Positions 57,924 through 64,000 of a DNA stretch of 64,000 nucleotides are shown here, piece by piece. The stretch is from positions 462,158 to 526,157 of the forward strand of contig CAYRYE010000001.1 of NCBI GenBank assembly GCA_964428655.1, written 5' to 3'. The stretch comes from an uncultured Gammaproteobacteria bacterium (lineage in GTDB: Bacteria > Patescibacteriota > Microgenomatia > UBA12405 > JAHJSD01). The notes beneath the pieces are model-generated. The model was not told the DNA's origin, did not search any database, and saw only the letters and a list, made by a program, of their open reading frames with translations. The number at the start of each line of letters is the position of its first letter. Position 1 is the first letter of the stretch. Position numbers and translations under genes: made by a program.

Positions 57924-58006
57924 GCCGAGGTGCTGGAATTGGCAGACAGGCAGCGTTGAGGACGCTGTGTTCGCAAGAGCGTGGGGGTTCAAATCCCCCC
58001 CTCGGC
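57924..58006 (+). tRNA. tRNA-Leu (anticodon GAG), type II
   Basis: GCCGAGG...GCTGGAATTGGCAGAC...anticodon arm CAGCG-TTGAGGA-CGCTG...long variable arm...GGGGGTTCAAATCCCCC...CCTCGGC-A. Confidence 0.85.
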
Positions 58007-58010
58007 ACTA

Positions 58011-58084
58011 ACGGGGATTGGCGCAGTTGGCTAGCGCGCACGCTTTGGGAGCGTGAGGTCGCCGGTTCGAATCCGGCATCCCCG
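58011..58084 (+). tRNA. tRNA-Pro (anticodon TGG)
   Basis: CGGGGAT...GCGCAGTTGGCTAGCGC...anticodon arm CACGC-TTTGGGA-GCGTG...GCCGGTTCGAATCCGGC...ATCCCCG-A. Confidence 0.85.
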
Positions 58085-58095
58085 ACAAAGAAAGA

Positions 58096-58164
58096 TCGGG
58101 GGTCGTCTAAGGGTAGGACGGCAGTCTTTGGAACTGCCAATCGTGGTTCGAATCCACGCCCCCG
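58096..58164 (+). tRNA. tRNA-Gln (anticodon TTG)
   Basis: CGGGGGT...anticodon arm GCAGT-CTTTGGA-ACTGC...CGTGGTTCGAATCCACG...CCCCCG-A. The exact ends are approximate. Confidence 0.8.
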
Positions 58165-58221
58165 AACAAAATTGCGATTCCTAGAACATTTTTGATAAAA
58201 TATCTTAAACTAAGATAACTA

Positions 58222-58563
58222 ATGAAAAGAGTTTCGAATAAAGTTGTTAGGTTGGCCAAATGGATAGCAGGAAGTTGGTGGGGAGTTGTTCTTCATACTG
58301 CCTGGTTCACTGCTTGGTTAATCTATGATTTTAACATTAACATCTTAACACTAGCAGTCTCTCTGGAGGCAATTTTCATTGGCATTTTTCTCTTGATGGC
58401 CTCTGACCGAGCCGAAACAACCAGAGACAAAAGAGAGGCAGCGGCTCAAAAACGAGCCACTGATATTGTTGAAAATATTTTTGATCTAGAAACAAAAATC
58501 GAGAAACAGCAGCAGCAAATTTTAAAAATACTTATTGACAAAAAAATAAAGAGGGAAAATTAG
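58222..58563 (+). CDS. DUF1003-like small membrane protein
   Basis: Two transmembrane helices (GSWWGVVLHTAWFTAWLIYDF, LAVSLEAIFIGIFLLMASDRAE) and a C-terminal charged helix, as in DUF1003-family proteins. Confidence 0.4.
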   Translation: MKRVSNKVVRLAKWIAGSWWGVVLHTAWFTAWLIYDFNINILTLAVSLEAIFIGIFLLMASDRAETTRDKREAAAQKRATDIVENIFDLETKIEKQQQQILKILIDKKIKREN

Positions 58564-58647
58564 CCGCGGTGCTGGAATTGGCAGACAGGCTGGACTTAAA
58601 ATCCTGTGCCCCTTTGGGGCGTGAGGGTTCGACTCCCTCCCGCGGCA
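58563..58647 (+). tRNA. tRNA-Leu (anticodon TAA), type II
   Basis: GCCGCGG...GCTGGAATTGGCAGAC...anticodon loop CTTAAAA with one mismatch in the anticodon stem...GAGGGTTCGACTCCCTC...CCGCGGC-A. It has the same backbone as the CAG and TAG leucine tRNAs. Confidence 0.8.
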
Positions 58648-58673
58648 CCGAAGTTACTTGTTAAAACAGGAAA

Positions 58674-58997
58674 ATGGTTCAAGAATTTACTGATCAAAAT
58701 TTTGAAGAACAGGTTCTAAAAGCTAATAAGCCTGTTCTGGTTGATTTCTGGGCAGTTTGGTGTGGTCCCTGCCAAATGATGACTCCTGTCATCGAAGAAT
58801 TATCTGACGAAATGGATGGCAAGGCTATCGTGGGAAAACTAAATGTGGATAGTAATCCAATTACCAGCCAAAAATATGAAATTATGAGTATCCCTAGTTT
58901 ACTCATTTTCCTCAAGGGGAAAGTGGTCGAGCAAATCGTTGGTCTTCAGCCAAAAGAAGTGATAAAAGAAAAATTGGATAAAGTTATTACTTCTTGA
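58674..58997 (+). CDS. trxA: Thioredoxin
   Basis: The WAVWCGPCQMMTP active site (CGPC) and a length of 107 aa. Confidence 0.9.
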   Translation: MVQEFTDQNFEEQVLKANKPVLVDFWAVWCGPCQMMTPVIEELSDEMDGKAIVGKLNVDSNPITSQKYEIMSIPSLLIFLKGKVVEQIVGLQPKEVIKEKLDKVITS

Positions 58998-60063
58998 CGA
59001 AAAAAAGAATCATTTCATCCTCAAGGAGATAAGAAAGGGGAACGTTTTGGCCAGGAAACTTTGTTCCCGGTCCCCAAGCCAAAACTTGGTTAACCCGCTC
59101 AACTAAATCAGTGGAAACGGCCTTAATTGCCTCAAAGATGGTCATACCTTTTCTCAATATTAAGGGGGCTTTAAAATCAGGCTGGCCCTTCTTGTTTCCC
59201 TTAAGATAAATTCTTATTAAGCCTAGCTTCTGCCAAATAGTCTCTTTTAAATTATCCAGCCCTATTTTTTCTTTGGCGCTAATTAAAACTCCCTTTTTAA
59301 TTTTAAGGTCTTTTTTTACATCGATCTTATTAACTACTTCAATTGCCGATAAGTAGATTCTGTTATCGGAAAAAGCATCAATTAGTTGATCTAGAGAAGT
59401 AATTGCTTTTTCAAAACTAATTTCACTATTTTTCAATCCCATTTCTTGAGCAACTTTAATTATTGTTTCCTTTGGAAAACAGACAAAAGGGTCAATTACC
59501 TTTATCCCTCCACGATTGAGTTTTTTAACTTTTACTCTTGGCGGCTGAAGATTGAGTCTAATCCCTGCCTGATAGAGTTCATCCTTAATTTTTTTAAGCC
59601 AGCTAATTCGATTAACATCAATCATTAAAATCACTAAATCCGCCCCTCTAACTACCGAAAGAATCTTCTTTCCCTCTCCTTTGCCAATGGCAGCACCCTT
59701 TACCAGACCGGGAAGATCAAAAATTTGAATCTTAGCTCCCTTGTATTCCATCATGCCTGGAATCACCTTTAAGGTAGTGAAATCATAACTTCCCGCCTTT
59801 GAAAAAGCCTTGGTTATATTATTCAGAAGAGTTGATTTGCCTACCGAAGGAGGGCCAACTAAAACACAAGTAGCATCACCCTGTTTCTTGACTCCATGGC
59901 CTCCTCCTCCAGATTTTGTCAACCCTTCTTCTAGCTCACGTTTAAACTTGGCAATTTTGGCTTTCAGCAAGCCAATATGGTGTTCTGTGCCTTTGTGATA
60001 CGGGGTAGCCCTGATTTCCTCCTCTAATTTACTGATCTTTTCGCTAATTTCTTTTTTTGTCAT
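58987..60063 (-). CDS. DRG-family (developmentally regulated GTP-binding protein / Rbg1-like) Obg-class GTPase with a C-terminal TGS domain
   Basis: The N-terminus EISEKISKLEEEIRATPYHKGTEHHIGLLKAKIAKFKREL. The G domain GDATCVLVGPPSVGKSTLLNNIT...YDFTTLKVIPGMMEYKGAKIQIFDLPGLVKGAAIGKGEGKK...ADLVILMIDV. Together these closely parallel eukaryotic/archaeal DRG1 sequences. Confidence 0.75.
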   Translation of the reverse strand: MTKKEISEKISKLEEEIRATPYHKGTEHHIGLLKAKIAKFKRELEEGLTKSGGGGHGVKKQGDATCVLVGPPSVGKSTLLNNITKAFSKAGSYDFTTLKVIPGMMEYKGAKIQIFDLPGLVKGAAIGKGEGKKILSVVRGADLVILMIDVNRISWLKKIKDELYQAGIRLNLQPPRVKVKKLNRGGIKVIDPFVCFPKETIIKVAQEMGLKNSEISFEKAITSLDQLIDAFSDNRIYLSAIEVVNKIDVKKDLKIKKGVLISAKEKIGLDNLKETIWQKLGLIRIYLKGNKKGQPDFKAPLILRKGMTIFEAIKAVSTDLVERVNQVLAWGPGTKFPGQNVPLSYLLEDEMILFFVKK

Positions 60064-60086
60064 TTTGGCTGTGATAAAATCGGCTG

Positions 60087-61511
60087 ATGAAAATTATTAT
60101 AACAGTCATGATCATTTTCGCTCTCTTTTTTAATCAAGTCAAAACTGGATTGGCTATTTCAAACTTAAATTGGGCCAAGAACAAATTTGGTATCCACGTA
60201 AACTCAGACATTAATGATCTTCAATTGGCAACCGAACTGCTTAATACTAACGGCGGTGACTGGGGATGGGTCAACACCGTAATTAGAGAAGATGAGTTAA
60301 ATCAACAACAATGGCAAAATTTCCTCGACCAGTGCCGCCGCCTGCATTTAATACCTATTTTCAGGCTGGCAACAAATATTGAAAATGGCAATTGGCAAAA
60401 ACCAAAAAAAGAAAATATTAAGAGAATGGCTGATTTTCTCAACTCTTTAAATTGGCCAATTAAAGATAGGTTTATCATTGTTTTCAACGAACCAAATAGA
60501 TTCGATGAGTGGGGTGGAAAGGTAAATGCTGAAGGTTATTTTGATATTTTGGATTTTACCGCTGACTATTTCCATAAGATCAATCCTGATTTTTACATCC
60601 TTTCTGCAGGATTAGATTTAGCTGCCCCCCAGAAACCGCCAAAATTTAGCTCGGCCGAAAACTTCTATCGCCAGGGTTATAACCATAAGCCAGAAATCTT
60701 TGAAAAGATAGACGGTCTCGCCTCGCACTCATATCCAAATTACGGTTTCATTGGCCTACCCAGCGATGAAGGAAGAACAAGCATTAAGGGGTACATTTGG
60801 GAATTAGACTACCTCCATCGTTTAGGCATTAAAAATAAGCTGCCTGTTTTTATTACCGAAACAGGCTGGCCCCATCAAGAAGGAATCAATATACAGAAAA
60901 ACTTCTACCCCGCTAAAAAAGTAGTTCAGCTCTTGGAACAATCGTTCAAATTTTGGCTTGCTGACTCAAGAGTAATTGCTGTCACTCCCTTTATTTTAAA
61001 TTACCCCCAGGGGCCCTTTGATCACTTCTCTTGGATCAATCAAGATCAGCAACCCTATCCTCAATTCGATTTGCTAAAGTCATTAAACAAACCGCTTCAC
61101 AAACCACCCCAAAAAGAGAAAATTGTCTTCAAGAAAATATTCCTGCCATTCTTACTAAAAACCAGCCAAAACTACAAGGGAGAAATCGTCTTGAGAAACG
61201 AGGGGGAAAGTATTTGGGGGGAAGAAAGGCAATTTTGCCTTAGACCCTCAAAAGAAAATTCCAACTATATCAAAACTTCCTCTCTCTGTCTTGAGAAAAA
61301 CAAATTAGTCGAACCAGGCAAAGAAGGAGTTTTGGAGTTTGAAATTACTCCCTCAAAAGGAGAAAGCACCAGCCAATTCAGCTGGGAAAAACTGCCTGAT
61401 TTTGAGATTAGGAAATTACCCCAACTTTTTCCCGGGAAAACAATTTATCGCCGCCGCACGGGGGGTCTCTCGGCCTTAATTAGTTGGCTAAGATTAAAGA
61501 TGAACATCTAA
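60087..61511 (+). CDS. Secreted GH-A clan (GH5-like TIM-barrel) glycoside hydrolase, candidate
   Basis: An N-terminal signal, then IIVFNEPN (NEP acid/base motif) and FITETGWPH (TE-G nucleophile motif), spaced as expected for clan GH-A. Confidence 0.45.
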   Translation: MKIIITVMIIFALFFNQVKTGLAISNLNWAKNKFGIHVNSDINDLQLATELLNTNGGDWGWVNTVIREDELNQQQWQNFLDQCRRLHLIPIFRLATNIENGNWQKPKKENIKRMADFLNSLNWPIKDRFIIVFNEPNRFDEWGGKVNAEGYFDILDFTADYFHKINPDFYILSAGLDLAAPQKPPKFSSAENFYRQGYNHKPEIFEKIDGLASHSYPNYGFIGLPSDEGRTSIKGYIWELDYLHRLGIKNKLPVFITETGWPHQEGINIQKNFYPAKKVVQLLEQSFKFWLADSRVIAVTPFILNYPQGPFDHFSWINQDQQPYPQFDLLKSLNKPLHKPPQKEKIVFKKIFLPFLLKTSQNYKGEIVLRNEGESIWGEERQFCLRPSKENSNYIKTSSLCLEKNKLVEPGKEGVLEFEITPSKGESTSQFSWEKLPDFEIRKLPQLFPGKTIYRRRTGGLSALISWLRLKMNI

Positions 61512-61847
61512 ATCTAAATTAGGCGGCTGAAAATCTTTTTGTTGAGAATCAAGTCCCTCTAATTCATTTTTAACACGTTCCCATTTTGTCTCCAGAGTCT
61601 CAGGAAGAATCACCTGTTTGTCCAAATCCTCTACTGGAGTAAGCGCAGGAACTACTGGCTCCTGCCTGCTCCTATCAACCATTCGTCTATCACCTAAAAA
61701 AAGAGTCGTTAAAACTCCTGTCAGGAGGATAACGATTAAAGCCAAAATCACCCATCGAAACCAACCCGGGGTTTTACCCATTGGCTCTTTAAAGAAAATT
61801 CGCTCATCAATATTCTGAACTGATCTTGAACTCGGTTTTATCTTCAT
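61494..61847 (-). CDS. Hypothetical single-pass membrane protein
   Basis: A 117-aa protein with a transmembrane helix WFRWVILALIVILLTGVLTTLFL. Confidence 0.3.
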   Translation of the reverse strand: MKIKPSSRSVQNIDERIFFKEPMGKTPGWFRWVILALIVILLTGVLTTLFLGDRRMVDRSRQEPVVPALTPVEDLDKQVILPETLETKWERVKNELEGLDSQQKDFQPPNLDLDVHL

Positions 61848-61850
61848 TAA

Positions 61851-62603
61851 TCAACTATTAAGATTTTTAATAATCTCACTTAAAAACTCCAAAGAATCCT
61901 GTAAATTCAATTCTGCCTCAGCCGTCATTTTATTTGCTCTTTTCCAATCTCTCAAAATGTCACCAATCCGTCTGACTTTGGATTGGTCCATTAATTCCAC
62001 GGCCGCCTGCTGATTCTGCCCGGCTAAATCTAATTTATTGGTCACCTCCTCAAGCCAGTAACTAATCGCTTCTTCACCACCGCCATCCAAACCCCTCCTA
62101 ATCTCATCTGCTAACTGGGCAATCTTAACCGCCACTTTTTGTTGTTGAAAAACTGTTAATTTATTTAAAAAGATAAAAATCGACCTTTCTATATTAAGGT
62201 ATTCATTCTCCAGCTCTTCGGCAGAGGAAAGCAGTTCCTCCATTGACTGAACAGAATCAATTTTGCTGATATCCTTATCAAGCCAGCCAATCCAGGAACT
62301 AATTTCCAGTAAATCCTTTTCCGGTAGAAGCGAAAAACCCTCATTAAGTAAAAGATTGAGATACCTTCTTAATAAATCATCTCTAGAGATCAAAAATTGC
62401 TTTAATTTTTGGGAAAAACTCTCTTTTGTTTGAAGAGTGCGGTGATTTAAGTAATTCTGTCTCGCGGTAAGATAATCCTGGTGAGACCTCAAGTAATAAT
62501 CTCGCACCACTAAGTAACTATCAGAGGTGCTGAAAACAATGGCCGATCTTGAGAGATAAACTATAAAAAATAATGGAAGTAAAAAAGCCCTAAGAAATTT
62601 CAT
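61851..62603 (-). CDS. Hypothetical secreted helical protein
   Basis: The ATG at 62603 abuts the tRNA-Leu, because the tracked ORF start at 62645 would overlap that tRNA. A signal peptide MKFLRAFLLPLFFIVYLSRSAIVFS is present. Confidence 0.35.
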   Translation of the reverse strand: MKFLRAFLLPLFFIVYLSRSAIVFSTSDSYLVVRDYYLRSHQDYLTARQNYLNHRTLQTKESFSQKLKQFLISRDDLLRRYLNLLLNEGFSLLPEKDLLEISSWIGWLDKDISKIDSVQSMEELLSSAEELENEYLNIERSIFIFLNKLTVFQQQKVAVKIAQLADEIRRGLDGGGEEAISYWLEEVTNKLDLAGQNQQAAVELMDQSKVRRIGDILRDWKRANKMTAEAELNLQDSLEFLSEIIKNLNS

Positions 62604-62688
62604 GGTGCCAGAGGAGGGAGTCGAACCCTCACGCCCAAAGGACACACGGTCCTAAACCGTGCCTGTCTGCCAATTCCAGCACTCTGGC
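62604..62688 (-). tRNA. tRNA-Leu (anticodon TAG), type II. A near-identical inverted paralog of the tRNA-Leu(CAG) at 57180
   Basis: The reverse complement is GCCAGAGTGCTGGAATTGGCAGAC...anticodon loop TTTAGGA...GAGGGTTCGACTCCCTC...CTCTGGC-A. Confidence 0.85.
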
Positions 62689-62724
62689 TAATGTTCCAAG
62701 CTTAACACAAATTAAGAGGAGGGC

Positions 62725-63228
62725 TCAAATCTTATTCATAATTGAGCTGATCAAATTACCCCAGCGAGGATTAGGGGGGGCATAAACTTTCCCAATGGCC
62801 GCAGGACTAGTTAGACCTCGATTATAATAATTCTCTCTCAATTTTTGAGAAACATGATAGATTGAATCTTGCCAACCGCTAAACCTAATATAGCCGCCTC
62901 CCCAGCCATAGGCGTTATAGCTGCCCAAAATCAACCTTTTTCCAAAACTAGACTCTAAACCAGCAATAGCCGGGAGCAGGCGCCAGTCAATCCCCCAAAA
63001 ATCAGCCGCCTGAATAAAATCGTTAGAAAAACTTATTAACGGTGATTTTTTGGCTTTCAAGAAGTAATAGAGTCTCAACTGCCTATAATCAAGGCGATTA
63101 GGCCCATAGCTCTGGCTAGACAGTTTTGCCGAAGAACCGGCAATAGGAACCACTCGGCCCTGAACTGTCCGAACACGAAAGAAAAACAATCCTAAACCAA
63201 TAGAAATAAAAAGAAAGAATTTTTTCAT
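62725..63228 (-). CDS. Secreted peptidoglycan hydrolase with a glucosaminidase (GH73/FlgJ-like) domain
   Basis: A signal peptide, then ADFWGIDWRLLPAIAGLESSFGK, which matches the glucosaminidase-domain start including the catalytic Glu region. Confidence 0.55.
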   Translation of the reverse strand: MKKFFLFISIGLGLFFFRVRTVQGRVVPIAGSSAKLSSQSYGPNRLDYRQLRLYYFLKAKKSPLISFSNDFIQAADFWGIDWRLLPAIAGLESSFGKRLILGSYNAYGWGGGYIRFSGWQDSIYHVSQKLRENYYNRGLTSPAAIGKVYAPPNPRWGNLISSIMNKI

Positions 63229-63322
63229 GGTTAAAATGAAAAATCCCAGAGTTCACTCTTAGCAAGATTACCCTGGGATCTAAAGTGGAGTATATCAATA
63301 TCTTATAGTATTGTCAAGTGGA

Positions 63323-64000
63323 TTAAACCTTTTTTAGAAGAAGGAAAATGCTGGGCCCAAAATTAACTTTTCCCAAGAAAAATTGAGATTTTTCCTCCAA
63401 GCATAACAATACTTTAGGAGGCAAAATTCTTTTAAAAATAGAGGAACGGAAATTAGAAGAAGAAAGCTTGATTATAACTTCAAAACCCAATTTTCTAAAC
63501 AGTCTATCAATCCAAAGAGGATGATAATTGACAAAAGGAATTGTGCTCATATTTGATTTCTTCTGAGACTGTCTGTTAACTGGCTCCAAACCAAAAACTT
63601 CCTTGCGATATTTACAACATAATAAACACAACAGTTTTGCCTTAAAATTAGCCTTATTTGCAAACTCAAGAATGAAAAATCCACCCGGCTTTAATACCCT
63701 GGCCACTTCTTTAGCCACTTTTTCCGGGAATCTCAAATGATGAAACACTCGAACCATTAAAACAGTGTGGAATTTTTCATCTTTAAAAGGAATGTCTTCA
63801 CCAAACCCAAGTTTAAATTCAAGATTATTTTTAATTCTAAGTCTCTCTTTTGCCTCGCTAAGTAACTTTTTTGAAGGATCAAGAAGGACACAGTGGTTAA
63901 ATTTGTCAGCGTAAACATGAGTCAGTCTGCCAAAACCAGCACCAATGTCAAGAATGTTTTGCCGCATTTTAGGAGAAATTCTCTTAATTAAGGTTCTAAG
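63323..64000 (-). CDS. Class I SAM-dependent methyltransferase (5' end probably outside the window)
   Basis: ILDIGAGFGRLT is the glycine-rich SAM motif I, and a downstream VLKPGGFFILEF motif is present. The reading frame stays open to the window edge upstream of the first ATG. Confidence 0.65.
   Translation of the reverse strand, partial: LRTLIKRISPKMRQNILDIGAGFGRLTHVYADKFNHCVLLDPSKKLLSEAKERLRIKNNLEFKLGFGEDIPFKDEKFHTVLMVRVFHHLRFPEKVAKEVARVLKPGGFFILEFANKANFKAKLLCLLCCKYRKEVFGLEPVNRQSQKKSNMSTIPFVNYHPLWIDRLFRKLGFEVIIKLSSSNFRSSIFKRILPPKVLLCLEEKSQFFLGKVNFGPSIFLLLKKV

Noticed and set aside
57916-58195. ORFs of 74 aa (minus strand) and 79 aa (plus strand) inside the tRNA array
   Set aside because: They overlap tRNA-Leu(GAG), tRNA-Pro and tRNA-Gln. 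These are GC-rich tRNA sequence read as protein, not genes.
62603-62645. N-terminal 14 residues of the tracked ORF 61851-62645
   Set aside because: They overlap tRNA-Leu(TAG). The internal ATG at 62603, which begins a signal peptide, is the credible start.
1-64000. CRISPR arrays, IS elements, rRNA genes
   Set aside because: I saw no regularly spaced direct repeats with unique spacers, no transposase-like ORFs or terminal inverted repeats, and no rRNA-like conserved sequence.
1-64000. Alternative genetic code (UGA recoding as in some CPR lineages)
   Set aside because: Long conserved genes (dnaE, clpB, ppsA, ftsZ) read through intact with standard stops, so code 11 fits.

Overview
This window looks like a small, AT-rich (~35% GC) bacterial genome with compact overlapping genes that read well under the standard code. 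The gene set and style (DUF4012, minimal dcw cluster, compact enzymes) are consistent with a Candidate Phyla Radiation / Patescibacteria-type organism, but that is an inference. In order, the window holds: (1) a surface-polysaccharide locus with four glycosyltransferases, a PglC/WbaP-type sugar transferase and a DUF4012 protein. (2) recO, glyQS, then a compact division/cell-wall cluster mraZ-rsmH-ftsL-ftsI-ftsW-murG-ftsQ-like-ftsA-ftsZ-second SEDS gene, preceded by 10-bp-phased TGGTG repeats that look like MraZ boxes, then rplU-rpmA, a ParB HTH-only protein and lepB. (3) tRNA-Val, then a minus-strand operon encoding an 835-aa secreted multidomain alpha/beta-hydrolase with LCAT-family motifs (YDWR...GHSLGG) plus two small unknown ORFs. 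(4) two more glycosyltransferases, tRNA-Thr/Gly/Asp, a LysM protein, PolX, lemA-htpX, clpB, a YibE/F-like protein, an HhH-GPD glycosylase, a VOC protein and rarA. (5) gatCAB, dnaE and rplS. (6) a ~1.8 kb compositionally atypical islet (GC ~48%) between rplS and tRNA-Glu, with three unrecognisable ORFs driven by strong sigma70-like promoters with leaderless or near-leaderless starts, plus a tiny peptide ORF; this is the most likely place for something undescribed. (7) a holA-like gene, a HAD-IIB phosphatase, a cupin, ppsA-eno facing a dPGM-like gene, and rsmI. (8) a transglutaminase-like protein, small membrane proteins and a substrate-binding protein. (9) an array of nine tRNAs containing a 300-nt unexplained spacer, a DUF1003 protein, trxA, an archaeal/eukaryotic-type DRG GTPase, a GH-A clan hydrolase, a GH73 glucosaminidase and a partial SAM methyltransferase. 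I saw no rRNA, CRISPR array, transposase or integrase.
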